A stretch of DNA of 64,000 bases from a virus (lineage: Duplodnaviria; Heunggongvirae; Uroviricota; Caudoviricetes): the IMG/VR virus record IMGVR_UViG_3300031555_003801, positions 1 through 64,000 of that record; one strand, written 5' to 3'. Positions 14,154 to 24,130 of the stretch are shown one piece after another. The notes below the pieces were generated by a model. That model made no database searches and was not told the origin of the DNA. It saw nothing but the letters and a program-made list of their open reading frames with translations. Both the position numbers and the translations under genes were made by a program. Positions within the stretch are counted from its first letter, which is position 1, and each line of letters starts with the position of its first letter.

Positions 14154-15710
14154 ATGAATAAGTTTTTAAATGGATTAACTGATGCAACTAACTTCACTTA
14201 CACTGAAAATGGTGCTATTACCCATAAAACTACTAAGTCTGCTCTGTTAGATATGTTCGCACTTGGTGGAGCATATAGAACTAGAAGTGACGCAGAAGTA
14301 ATCACCTTATTTAAGAACGCATATGAGGAAAATCCTGTTTATGCGTTAAAGTGCCTGTTCTATCTGCGCGACGTGCGTGGCGGACAGGGTGAAAGAAGAT
14401 TTTTCAAAACTGCAATGAAGTGGTTTGCTAATGCTGATGTAGAAGCAGCAAGAAGAAATTTCAAGCATATTCCAGAGTTTGGTAGATGGGATGATTTATA
14501 TCTTTTCATTAATACGCCTCTTGAAAATGAAATGTTCCAGTTTATGAAGGAACAGTTAGCACTCGATATGCAGTGCAAAACACCTTCTCTGTTAGCAAAG
14601 TGGTTAAAGTCTGAAAATACATCTTCTATGGAATCCAGATATCTGGCTAAGAAGACTCGTCAGTATTTTGGCATGACCGCAAAGCAGTATAGAAAGACAT
14701 TATCTATCCTCCGTGAAAGAATTAATGTTCTTGAAAGATTAATGTCTGCAGGTAAGTGGGATGAAATCGAGTTCGATAAGATTCCTTCTAAGGCAGGTTT
14801 AATTTATAAGAATGCTTTTGCTAGACACGATATCGAAAGAATGAAGACTGAAAAGGCTGTAGTATCTTATGCGGATTTCGCTAAGGATGTAACTACAACT
14901 GTAAATGCTAAGGCATTATATCCATATGAAGTAGTAGCTAAGGCTATTGATTTAATGGGATATAATGGTGGTTGGTTCCGTAGCACTCATGATGTTCCAT
15001 TAGATAATACTGATAGACTTATGATTAATAAATATTGGAATAATCTCGCTGATTATATCCAGGGTGCTAATTTTAATGGAATTGCAGTGGTAGATACTTC
15101 TGGTTCTATGACTGGTTCTTTTGCTAGTGCACCAATTAATGTAGCTGTTTCTCTTGGCATGTATTGTGCTGAAAAAAATAATGGTCCATTCAAAGATCAC
15201 TTCATTACATTTGAATCTAATCCTCATTTAATTAAGGTTGAAGGCGTAGACTTTTGCGAAAAGGTTTATAATATTACTGGCGCAGACTGGGGTGGTTCTA
15301 CAAATATTGAAGCAGTGTTTGACTTATTATTAGATACTGCTATCAGAAATAATTGTTCTCAGGATGAAATTCCACAGAATGTAATTGTTATTTCTGATAT
15401 GGAGTTTAACTCTTGTGTAACTTTTAATAGCTTACTTGCAAGAAGATATTATAATGAACCTATGTTTAATACTGAAACTTTATTCGAAACCATGGAACGC
15501 AAATGGAATAGAGCAGGATATCAGATGCCTGCAATTACATTCTGGAATGTTCAGGCAAGACAGAATAATATTCCAATGAAGACTGAAGGTAGAGTAAATT
15601 ATGTATCTGGTATGTCTCCAGTAATCTATGAACAGGTTATGAAAGGTTTAAGTGCTTACGATCTGATGATGGATAAGTTAGATAATGAAAGATATAGCGT
15701 AATTTGCTAA
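14154..15710 (+). CDS. vWA (MIDAS) domain protein with large N-terminal helical domain (Ro60/TROVE-like architecture possible)
   Basis: MIDAS motif VVDTSGSMTG. 518 aa. Clearly higher GC and different codon usage than flanking phage genes. Confidence 0.55.
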   Translation: MNKFLNGLTDATNFTYTENGAITHKTTKSALLDMFALGGAYRTRSDAEVITLFKNAYEENPVYALKCLFYLRDVRGGQGERRFFKTAMKWFANADVEAARRNFKHIPEFGRWDDLYLFINTPLENEMFQFMKEQLALDMQCKTPSLLAKWLKSENTSSMESRYLAKKTRQYFGMTAKQYRKTLSILRERINVLERLMSAGKWDEIEFDKIPSKAGLIYKNAFARHDIERMKTEKAVVSYADFAKDVTTTVNAKALYPYEVVAKAIDLMGYNGGWFRSTHDVPLDNTDRLMINKYWNNLADYIQGANFNGIAVVDTSGSMTGSFASAPINVAVSLGMYCAEKNNGPFKDHFITFESNPHLIKVEGVDFCEKVYNITGADWGGSTNIEAVFDLLLDTAIRNNCSQDEIPQNVIVISDMEFNSCVTFNSLLARRYYNEPMFNTETLFETMERKWNRAGYQMPAITFWNVQARQNNIPMKTEGRVNYVSGMSPVIYEQVMKGLSAYDLMMDKLDNERYSVIC

Positions 15711-15723
15711 TTCAAAAAATAAA

Positions 15724-15756
15724 AGGCGGGGTAAAAATACTCCGCCTTTATTTTTT
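15724..15756 (+). terminator. Rho-independent terminator
   Basis: ggcggggtaaaaatactccgcc + ttta-ttttttt. Confidence 0.7.
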
Positions 15757-15947
15757 TCAAAAAATATGATATAATATTATATAATAAAAAATAAGGAGTG
15801 ATATCATGATTCATGTATTAGTGATAGCTTTCTTTTTAAGTTTCTTTATGGCTTGTGTTGTTGAAAATGATGAAATGCCAAAAGAAGAAAAATATCGCTG
15901 GTTCGCAGTTATAGTAGGATTAATAGTTTATGTTTATTTAACTGCAT

Positions 15948-16751
15948 TTGTTTTATAAGAAAGGATTTTTAATGAAATATTTTATTGATTTTGAAGCCAA
16001 TAGTCCGACGAATGAAATCATTGAAATAGGTTGCGTTTCTGAAAAAAATGATTGTTTTAAAATGTATGTTAAACCAACTACACCTATTGACCCATTTATT
16101 ACGGGATTAACGCATATTACAAATAAAATGGTAGAAGATTCTCCTTTAATTGATGAAGCAATTATGATTTTTTATAATTGGCTTATCAATACGCAGGAAC
16201 ATTTTTCTTGGAAAGATACTACTTTTTATTGCTATGGAAATGCGGATCATTCATTTATTCAGGCTTCAGCACAAACTTGCGAAACAACTGATTCTTATAT
16301 GATTCTTGCGGCTATGGCTATGTCTTTGAAAGATTTTACCAAGAAAGTAAATCATTTCTTTAAAGATAGTATTTCTTTAATCCAGGCATTAAATTATTTT
16401 AAAACCTCGGAAACAGCTTGGGAGCAGTGTCATGATGCTCTTGAGGATGCGCTAGCTTTAAAAGAATTATATAAAGTTTTACCAAAAAAATATTCATTAC
16501 CTTGTTCTCCATTTGTTATTAAAACAGAAATGGGTGTTAGAAGAAATAAAAAAGGTTATGGATATACTGATTATATTAGTTTAACAGAAGCTACTGAATG
16601 TGTTGTAAAAGAAATATTAACAACATCACCAAATTCTAATGTTAAATCTGAAAATATTAGAAAAAGAATTATTCATGCTATTAATAAGAAAAGTTCTTAT
16701 ATGGGATATAAATGGAAATATGTAAAGATTGAGAAAGGGGATGAAGAATAA
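15948..16751 (+). CDS. DEDDh-family 3'-5' exonuclease (DnaQ/RNase T-like)
   Basis: Exo I motif FIDFEANSP..EIIEIG. Exo III motif HDALEDALAL. The true start is probably the internal Met at MKYFIDFE. Confidence 0.65.
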   Translation: MFYKKGFLMKYFIDFEANSPTNEIIEIGCVSEKNDCFKMYVKPTTPIDPFITGLTHITNKMVEDSPLIDEAIMIFYNWLINTQEHFSWKDTTFYCYGNADHSFIQASAQTCETTDSYMILAAMAMSLKDFTKKVNHFFKDSISLIQALNYFKTSETAWEQCHDALEDALALKELYKVLPKKYSLPCSPFVIKTEMGVRRNKKGYGYTDYISLTEATECVVKEILTTSPNSNVKSENIRKRIIHAINKKSSYMGYKWKYVKIEKGDEE

Positions 16752-18169
16752 TGTATTAGGCATATGTAACTAAATTAAAAAATGTGCGGCCGCACCCTAA
16801 TGCTGATAGAATGCTTTTAGCAGACTGTTTCGGCAATACTGTTTGTGTAGGCCTTGACGCGCAAGAGGAAGATGTAATTCTCTATTTTCCAACAGATGGA
16901 CAATTATCTAAAGAATATGCGGAAATCAATAATCTTATAAGAATCAAGAATGAAGATGGAACATATTCCGGTGGATATTTAGACCCAGATAAAAGAAACA
17001 TCAAAGCAATTAAATTAAGAGGTGAAAAATCTGATGGTTTAGTAATGCCACTAGAATCCCTTTCTTCTTTTGGAGATATTTCTACTTTAAATATTGGAAA
17101 TACAATTAATGTCTTTAATGGACATGAAATTTGTAAAAAGTATATTCCAAGAGAAAATCCAATGAAGGTGCGCGCTGGCGGTAATAAGACCCGCAAGACC
17201 AAGCGCCTAATTGCTCCTTTATTCAAAGAACATGCTGATACTGAACAATTAGCATATAATCTTGATGCTTTCAAAGCGGGAGATGAAATTGAAATCACAT
17301 TAAAGATGCATGGAACTTCTCAAAGAACTGCTTACTTACCAAAATTAATTGGTTATAAAAGATCTATTTTAGATAGACTCTTAAAGAGAGAAGGAACTCC
17401 AATCTATGATTGGGGCTATGTGTCTGGAACTCGTAGAACTGTTGTAGATGATTTTGAAAATAGAACAACTTCTTTCTATGGTAGTGATGCATTTAGAGAA
17501 CCGCATGCAAAAATGTTTGAAGGAAAGCTTTATAAGGGTGAAACTGTTTATTATGAAGTTGTTGGTTTTACCGATAATGGAACTCCTATTATGGGTTCTT
17601 GTGATAATAGAAAAACTCAAGATAAAGAGTTTATTAAGAAATATGGTGAAGTGACTACTTTCTCTTATGGTTGTGACTGTGCGGAACAAGCATGGAGAGA
17701 AAATAGAGGACAAGATCCAGACAAACCTCAGTCTGACATTTATGTATATCGAATGACAATGACTAATGAAGATGGTTATGTAATGGAATTAACTCCTGAT
17801 TATATGAGATATAGATGCGAGCAGATGGGTGTAAAGACAGTGCCTGTTATGTGGAAAGGATACATTCCTTATACAGTAGATGACATTGATTCTACTATTC
17901 CTGGTCACAGAATTATACTTAGAGAAGGGGAAAATGCTGGAGACTGGGTTAAGAGTGTAGCAGAACAGTATTACGATGGACCTGACCCAATTGGTAGAAC
18001 CCATGTGCGGGAAGGTGTAGTTGTAAGAATTATAAATAGACCAAAATTTGCAGCATATAAGCATAAAAACTTTAGCTTCAAAGTTCTCGAAGGAATTGTC
18101 AAAGCGGATGCATTAATGCCAGATATGGAAGAAGCACAGGAGACTATTGATGAAAGTTCAGAGATTTGA
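16751..18169 (+). CDS. ATP-dependent RNA ligase (Rnl2/Rnl5-like, nucleotidyltransferase motif I KMHGTS) with N-terminal OB-like domain; codon 3 is TAG
   Basis: ATG TAT TAG at 16751-16759 joins onto ORF-track frame 16784..18169. LKMHGTSQR resembles the KxHG(T/S)N motif I of the Rnl2 family. GC-richer than the surroundings. Confidence 0.55.
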
Positions 18170-18554
18170 AAATGGTCGTAGCTTTCGGGAGGTTTATACT
18201 GAACCTTCCGAAGTTATAGAGTTTTTAGAATATAATATGAATTATCTTATTGATAAATGGAAAATAAAAAGTGAAAAACTTGAAGAAGAAAATCAATTAT
18301 TAAGAGATAATGAATATGTAAAAAAAGTGGAAGAAGAAAATGTAAAATTAAGAAAAAAGCTTAATACAGCATTTATAATTAGTTCCGCAAATAGAGAAAA
18401 AAATAAAAAATGGATTGATGAACACTTAAAACAAAAACATCCAGATAGAAAATGGCTTGATTATCATTATGAATTTTATCCCATTCCTCTTGGAGTTTTT
18501 GGAAGTTGTGTTTGTGATTATTGTAAAGAAAAAAATGATTTAGGCGAGGTATAA
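18147..18554 (+). CDS. Hypothetical protein
   Basis: ORF with coiled-coil-like middle. No recognisable motif. Confidence 0.35.
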   Translation: MMKVQRFENGRSFREVYTEPSEVIEFLEYNMNYLIDKWKIKSEKLEEENQLLRDNEYVKKVEEENVKLRKKLNTAFIISSANREKNKKWIDEHLKQKHPDRKWLDYHYEFYPIPLGVFGSCVCDYCKEKNDLGEV

Positions 18555-18768
18555 TTATTATGATGGGAATGACTAAGGAAAAAATTGTTGCTAGAATTGC
18601 AAAACTGAAGGCACAGGGTATTATTGAAAATGAAAGACTTATTAAGAAGTGGGAAAGAAAGCTGAGAAAGATCGATGGATAAGAAAGTTATTGTTGCCGG
18701 ATTGGTCGGTTCTGCGGTCGCATTAGCTGGGGCTGCAGTAATAATTAAATTATATTCTAATAAAGTAA

Positions 18769-19002
18769 ATGAGGTATTTGATGAAGTGTCCATTTAAAAA
18801 AGAAACACATACTTGTAGTTCTAATCCTATGTATCACGGCTATCCAGCAGATAAAGAAACATTTGAAGTTTTTACTGACTGTATTGGTGAAGAATGCGCG
18901 ATTTGGTCTGGCATAGATTGTAGTTTTAAACAAAAGAGAATTGATCCTTCACCCGAAAATATATTAGAAGCTTTGCAAATATTAAATCCTTATAATAGTT
19001 AG
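18769..19002 (+). CDS. Hypothetical small Cys-containing protein
   Basis: ORF track only. Confidence 0.3.
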   Translation: MRYLMKCPFKKETHTCSSNPMYHGYPADKETFEVFTDCIGEECAIWSGIDCSFKQKRIDPSPENILEALQILNPYNS

Positions 19003-19036
19003 GAAGATTGGCGTTTGCCGTGAAAAAATAATTTTT

Positions 19037-19063
19037 GATTTTTTTAAAAAAATATGTTATAAT
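19037..19063 (+). promoter_or_regulatory. sigma70-like promoter TTGATT-N17-TATAAT
   Basis: ttgatt 19035-19040, tataat 19058-19063 (tgtTATAAT). Confidence 0.55.
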
Positions 19064-19102
19064 TAAGTGTAAAATTAAATAAGAAAAAGGAGTTAAATTA
19101 TA

Positions 19103-20566
19103 ATGAAGAAATTTTTAACATTTGTTTTATGTTTCTGTATTATGTTTACATTCAGTGTCGGAGCTTCATTTGCGGCAGTGGTATCCACTACCTACAAGAG
19201 CGAAGTCGTTAAGAACGCTGTAGAAAGTGTATGCACTGTCGATTTAACAAAGTATTCCAAGAGTATGGAAGAAGTAATCGCAAATGAAATTGCGGAACTG
19301 CGCACTTTTGCTGCTGGTAAGGAATCTCTTGATGCAGAGGTTTTAAAAGCAATTGATGAATTAAAGGATTTTCTTGCTGATAATACTCTTGCGGCTCAGG
19401 AAGCTGAATTAAAGGAAATTAAGACTGATGCTATTATTAAGTTTGAAAATAAGGTTGATGCTTATGTAGCTTCTAAGGAATGGACAGAAGATCAGATTAA
19501 GCTTGGTGAAAAGACTGAATTTGAAGCTGATGTAAAGGCTTTTACTGATTGGTTTATTGGTAAGAGATTCTATCATCCTGGTAAGAATGTAATTAATAGT
19601 GGACATGAAACTGGTTCTACTGAATTAACATTTGCTTCTGCAAAGGCTGATATTGAATATTTAAATGGTAAAGTAATTGATGATGCTTGGTTCGCTCAGA
19701 TTGTTGGCATGCTTGATGAAGTAAAGAATGTTAAGTATGAAGCAGATAAGTATTATGCTGATCTTGCTCATTATAGTTCTGATACTTACTCTGCTGGAGC
19801 AATCGCAGCAGCTAAGGCTGAAACTTATGCTGGTATTGAACTTTTAGATATTACTGATGTTACAAAGTTTGTAGAACCAAAGACTATCGAACAGGAAAAG
19901 GCTGATAAGACAGAAGCTGATGCTAAGGCATTAGTAGATGCTAAGAAGGCTGCTATCTTCGCTATCACAGCTGGCGACTATTATGTAGGAAACTGGAGTG
20001 GTGAAGCTAAGGCATATGTTGCTGATATTCAGTCTAAATATACTGTATATATCAATGCTGCTACTACAATCGCAAAAGTTGATGCTTATAAGTATGAAGC
20101 AATGAGACTTATGGGCGGATATCAATCTGACGTACAGATTAAAGATGAAAACGATAAGTTAATTGGCGATTTAAACGATACTAAGGAAGAATTAGATAAG
20201 ACTAAAGAAGAATTAGAAGCTATTAAGAAAGAAATGGCTTTTGATAAAGCTATGGATAATTTATCTGTAAAGGCTAGAAGTGCAAAGACTTCTAAAGGTT
20301 ATATTAAAATAACTGCTGTGGCTGATACAGAAGAATTAGAAGAACTTGGTTATACTGTAAAGTATAAGTTCTATCGTGCTACTTCAAAGAATGGCGAATA
20401 TGTTGCTAAATTCACAAGCAAAGGAACATATACTAACACTGGCGGAACAAAAGGTAAGATGTATTACTACAGAGTAAAAGCTCTTGTTTATGATGCTGAT
20501 GGTCAGTTAGTAGCAGAAACAAAGATTAAAGATTGTAAGTATGCTTGCAGAAAGTTTGGTAAGTAA
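19103..20566 (+). CDS. Secreted protein with N-terminal signal peptide (hypothetical)
   Basis: MKKFLTFVLCFCIMFTFSVGASFAAV signal peptide. 487 aa. Markedly higher GC than the phage backbone. Strong RBS AAAGGAG. Confidence 0.5.
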   Translation: MKKFLTFVLCFCIMFTFSVGASFAAVVSTTYKSEVVKNAVESVCTVDLTKYSKSMEEVIANEIAELRTFAAGKESLDAEVLKAIDELKDFLADNTLAAQEAELKEIKTDAIIKFENKVDAYVASKEWTEDQIKLGEKTEFEADVKAFTDWFIGKRFYHPGKNVINSGHETGSTELTFASAKADIEYLNGKVIDDAWFAQIVGMLDEVKNVKYEADKYYADLAHYSSDTYSAGAIAAAKAETYAGIELLDITDVTKFVEPKTIEQEKADKTEADAKALVDAKKAAIFAITAGDYYVGNWSGEAKAYVADIQSKYTVYINAATTIAKVDAYKYEAMRLMGGYQSDVQIKDENDKLIGDLNDTKEELDKTKEELEAIKKEMAFDKAMDNLSVKARSAKTSKGYIKITAVADTEELEELGYTVKYKFYRATSKNGEYVAKFTSKGTYTNTGGTKGKMYYYRVKALVYDADGQLVAETKIKDCKYACRKFGK

Positions 20567-20577
20567 TTAATTTAGAA

Positions 20578-20610
20578 TGGGAGAGTTTAATTACTCTCCC
20601 TATTTTTTTT
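20578..20610 (+). terminator. Rho-independent terminator
   Basis: gggagagtttaattactctccc + tattttttttt. Confidence 0.7.
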
Positions 20611-20670
20611 AAGGAGAATTAATAGGCCAAATATATTTAATTTTGATAATTTCATTTTTATATAATAAAA

Positions 20671-20910
20671 ATGAAAGGAAAAATGATTATGGATATTTTT
20701 ACCTTAGCATATATGAAAAATATGATGAAAGGCTTACATACTGAAGATTGTGAAGGTATTCCTGGTAAATCTGCTTATGAAATTGCAGTTGAAAATGGAT
20801 TTGAAGGAACTGAACAAGATTGGTTAAATGCTATTTATATGAATCCTGAAGACCAATGGATTACATTAGATGATATATTGGCAGCTAAACAAAAAAGCGA
20901 GAACAATTAA
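20671..20910 (+). CDS. Hypothetical protein
   Basis: ORF with RBS AAAGGAAA. A terminator follows at 20896-20926. Confidence 0.35.
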   Translation: MKGKMIMDIFTLAYMKNMMKGLHTEDCEGIPGKSAYEIAVENGFEGTEQDWLNAIYMNPEDQWITLDDILAAKQKSENN

Positions 20911-20989
20911 GTTCTCGCTTTTTTGTTTTATATAAAAAAATATGATATAATATAATATAAAATAAAAATGAGTAAAAGGAGAAGAATAT

Positions 20990-22177
20990 ATGTCAAATTG
21001 TAATGAAAATAATTGTTCTTCTTTAAAAGAATTAATTACAAATTATAAATATAATAATTTATTACCAATTCATGGGATTTTATCTGTTACAAATAGATGT
21101 AATTTAAATTGTTCTTATTGTTTTCATAAACAAAATGAAATAGATATAAATTTTTATACTGCGGATATGGCTATAAAATATATTATTTCAAATGCGACTA
21201 TTCAAAAAGTAAAACCTAATATTAGCTTTTTTGGAGGAGAACCTTTATTATTATTTGATGAAATAATAAAACCATTAATTAATAAATATAAAGATTCTAT
21301 AAATTGGACTATTACAACAAATGGAACTTTATTAACAGAAAATATTATAGATTTTTTTACTGATAATAATGTTTCTATTTTATTATCTATGGATGGATGT
21401 AAAAAAGTTCAAGACAATCAAAGGCCTATGAAAAATGGAGAAAGTTGTTTTGATAAATTAAAAAATATCATTCCATATTTATTATTAAAGCAACCTAATA
21501 CTATTTTTAGGTCAACAATCTCAAGATATTCTTTAGATTTTTTAGAAGAAAATATTAATACGGCTAAAAATTTTGGTTTTAAATATATTACATTAGTGCC
21601 TAATTTATTTGAAGAATGGCAACCAGAAGATTTTTATAAGTGGGAACAATTTATAGATAATGAATCTATTAAAATTATGCAAAAAATTTCTTGGGAAGAA
21701 CCTTTTGATTACATATTAACAAATTTAAAAGATGGTATTCAAGGAATTTATAAATCTAATCAAAATAATTATTTAAAAAATCCTATTGATGCTTGTGGAA
21801 TGGGCTTTAAAGGTATTGGAATTTCTCCAAATGGAAAATTACATCCTTGTCAAGAAGAAAACGGTGTAGATGATATAAATATTATAGGTGATATTTATTA
21901 CGGAATTGATAAAAAATTACATGAACAATACTGTAAAGATATTTATAATAAATGGTTAGAATATATAGAAAAAATAGATAATATAATAGGAAGTTCTAAT
22001 TTTAAATTATTTTATGGAAATCATGTTTGTAATACAAGATTAAAAGATGGATTTGCTTTTAATAATACACAAACATATTATTTAAGAGCTTTACATAGAG
22101 CTTGTTCAAGATTATATTATAATTTTAATTTATCTTTAAATCCAAGAGCACAATATTTTTTAGGAGAAATTGAATGA
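20990..22177 (+). CDS. Radical SAM enzyme with C-terminal SPASM/twitch-like Cys cluster
   Basis: CNLNCSYC (CX3CX2C) near the N-terminus. C-terminal CGMGF...HPCQEENG cysteines. Confidence 0.8.
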   Translation: MSNCNENNCSSLKELITNYKYNNLLPIHGILSVTNRCNLNCSYCFHKQNEIDINFYTADMAIKYIISNATIQKVKPNISFFGGEPLLLFDEIIKPLINKYKDSINWTITTNGTLLTENIIDFFTDNNVSILLSMDGCKKVQDNQRPMKNGESCFDKLKNIIPYLLLKQPNTIFRSTISRYSLDFLEENINTAKNFGFKYITLVPNLFEEWQPEDFYKWEQFIDNESIKIMQKISWEEPFDYILTNLKDGIQGIYKSNQNNYLKNPIDACGMGFKGIGISPNGKLHPCQEENGVDDINIIGDIYYGIDKKLHEQYCKDIYNKWLEYIEKIDNIIGSSNFKLFYGNHVCNTRLKDGFAFNNTQTYYLRALHRACSRLYYNFNLSLNPRAQYFLGEIE

Positions 22178-23373
22178 TTACTTTAAACTTACATATAAAT
22201 TATAATTGTCCTTTATCTTGCCGATATTGTTGTCAAAGAAATGATATAGCTTTATTAGATTCTGAATTTACTGCTCAAGAAATGATTGATGTAGTACAAA
22301 ATTTTATGGATTCTAAAAATGTTGATAAATGTAAAATAAATATATCTGGAGGAGAACCTCTTTTAAAATATAAAGATATTCAACAATTAATGAAACATTT
22401 TCCAAATAATACTTATGAAATTTCTACTTCTGGATATTTATTAACTGCTGAAAAAGCTAAATTCTTTTCTTATTATGGAGTTAGTTATATTTTATCTGTT
22501 GATGGGGGAGAAAAAGTAACTAATTATTTAAGACCTCTAGCAAATGGAGAACAAGGATATTTTCAAAAATTAAAAGAAAATATACCACATATTTTATATT
22601 ATGCTCCAAGAACAAGAGCAAAATTAATTGTTCCTAAAAATTTAATTTCAGAAATTTTTAACACTTATTTAGAATTAGAAAGACTTGGTTTTCAAGAAAT
22701 TTTTATAACACCTAATGTATATGAAAATGAGGTTGATACACATCATCCAGAATTAGAGACAGGTCATTGGGAAGAAGAAGATTGGAATAAATTTAGAACT
22801 GAAATTTTTAAAATTATGAAAGAAATAGAATTAGGTATTTCTTTAAATCGAAAAAGATGTTTAATTACTAATATTATTACTATTTTAGTAAAAATGTTAA
22901 TTCCAGAAGAAGGAAAATTTAATAGTGCTAAATTAATTTGTGAAGTATTAGATTTTAAAGGCGGAACAAGTCCTGCTGGTGGGCAAGTTCCTATTTTAAA
23001 TACAGATATTTCTTTATGTATGAGAAATATAAATGAAGAAATTGATACTCAAGAAAAACTGTTAAATAAAATAAAACAAGATTATTTAGCTCTTAATGGC
23101 GTTTGCGAGCTAGATGAAAAATGTCCATATCAATCTACTTGTATGTATAGTGTTTGTTTATCTGAAAATTTAAAAAGTAAACATAAAAATATTTTTACTC
23201 CAACATTATTTCAGTGTAATACTCAAAAGATTTATCATGATGCAGCAATGTTATTTTTAAATCTTTTAAATGATAAAAATAATGAAGTTATAAAATATTA
23301 TTGGAATGAAATTTATTATAGAAAAGAGGTGTCTATGAATAATGCCTTATTATCCAGCTGGAACGGTGAATGA
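22174..23373 (+). CDS. Second radical SAM/SPASM-like enzyme
   Basis: CPLSCRYC (CX3CX2C). C-terminal CELDEKCPYQSTCMYSVC Cys cluster. Overlaps the upstream gene by 4 nt. Confidence 0.75.
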   Translation: MITLNLHINYNCPLSCRYCCQRNDIALLDSEFTAQEMIDVVQNFMDSKNVDKCKINISGGEPLLKYKDIQQLMKHFPNNTYEISTSGYLLTAEKAKFFSYYGVSYILSVDGGEKVTNYLRPLANGEQGYFQKLKENIPHILYYAPRTRAKLIVPKNLISEIFNTYLELERLGFQEIFITPNVYENEVDTHHPELETGHWEEEDWNKFRTEIFKIMKEIELGISLNRKRCLITNIITILVKMLIPEEGKFNSAKLICEVLDFKGGTSPAGGQVPILNTDISLCMRNINEEIDTQEKLLNKIKQDYLALNGVCELDEKCPYQSTCMYSVCLSENLKSKHKNIFTPTLFQCNTQKIYHDAAMLFLNLLNDKNNEVIKYYWNEIYYRKEVSMNNALLSSWNGE

Positions 23374-24028
23374 AGTTTGTGAAGCTTGTTATGCTTCTGA
23401 AAGTTCTTGCAAACCAGATTTTGGAAGTTCAACTGAATCCACCTACTGTGGAAATTGTAATGTTCAATGTAATACATCTCAAAGTTTTTGTTCTATTGGA
23501 ATTCAAAATATTTCTTCTCATGGAAATGTAGGTTCTTTTAGTGGCTTTGGTGCAACCAGTGATAATTTAATTTTTGAAAAATGGACAGCAAGTAAATGGA
23601 ATGAATTACAACAATTATATGAAATTGCTAATGGTTTAGGAATTAAACAAAATCAAGGAGCAAGTTTTTCATTTACAAGAGCCGCGGCAGATCCTTGTAA
23701 TAATACACATCCTGCGAATTCTTTAATTACTGCTGAAAAATATAATGAATTTTCTACTGCTGCAGAAAAATTTGGTTCTTATATTCCAACTGTTACTGGA
23801 GGACCTAGTGGTACAGTTATAACTGCTGGGCATTCTACAAATTTAGAAAATGGTTTTTCTAATGCTAAATTTAATACTTCTGTATGTGATATATGTAACG
23901 CAGGAACTGAACATAACTGTGGTTATAATTGTAGCTGTAATTATAATTGTGGTTATAACTGTAATTATAATTGCTGTAATCATAATTGTAATAAAAATGA
24001 AACAAGTGATGCTGGCGGTGCTAAATAA
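23342..24028 (+). CDS. Cysteine-rich protein with C-terminal tandem NCGYN/NCxYN repeats; candidate substrate of the adjacent rSAM enzymes
   Basis: N-terminal CEACYASESSCK...CGNCNVQCNTSQSFC. C-terminal NCGYNCSCNYNCGYNCNYNCCNHNCNKN, encoded by a ~15-bp tandem DNA repeat at 23917-23995. Overlaps the rSAM stop. A terminator follows at 24038. Confidence 0.55.
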   Translation: MPYYPAGTVNEVCEACYASESSCKPDFGSSTESTYCGNCNVQCNTSQSFCSIGIQNISSHGNVGSFSGFGATSDNLIFEKWTASKWNELQQLYEIANGLGIKQNQGASFSFTRAAADPCNNTHPANSLITAEKYNEFSTAAEKFGSYIPTVTGGPSGTVITAGHSTNLENGFSNAKFNTSVCDICNAGTEHNCGYNCSCNYNCGYNCNYNCCNHNCNKNETSDAGGAK

Positions 24029-24037
24029 AAATATTAA

Positions 24038-24070
24038 AGGTGAGATAAAAAATCTCACCTTTATTTTTTT
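24038..24070 (+). terminator. Rho-independent terminator
   Basis: aggtgagataaaaaatctcacct + ttatttttttt. Confidence 0.75.
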
Positions 24071-24130
24071 TAAAAAATATGTTATAATATATTATAATAA
24101 AAATTAAGAAATAAATAAGGAGTTGATACT

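Noticed and set aside
23917-23995. CRISPR-like or satellite tandem repeat
   Set aside because: The ~15-bp repeats are in frame and encode the NCGYN peptide repeat of the Cys-rich protein. There are no spacer-like unique segments.
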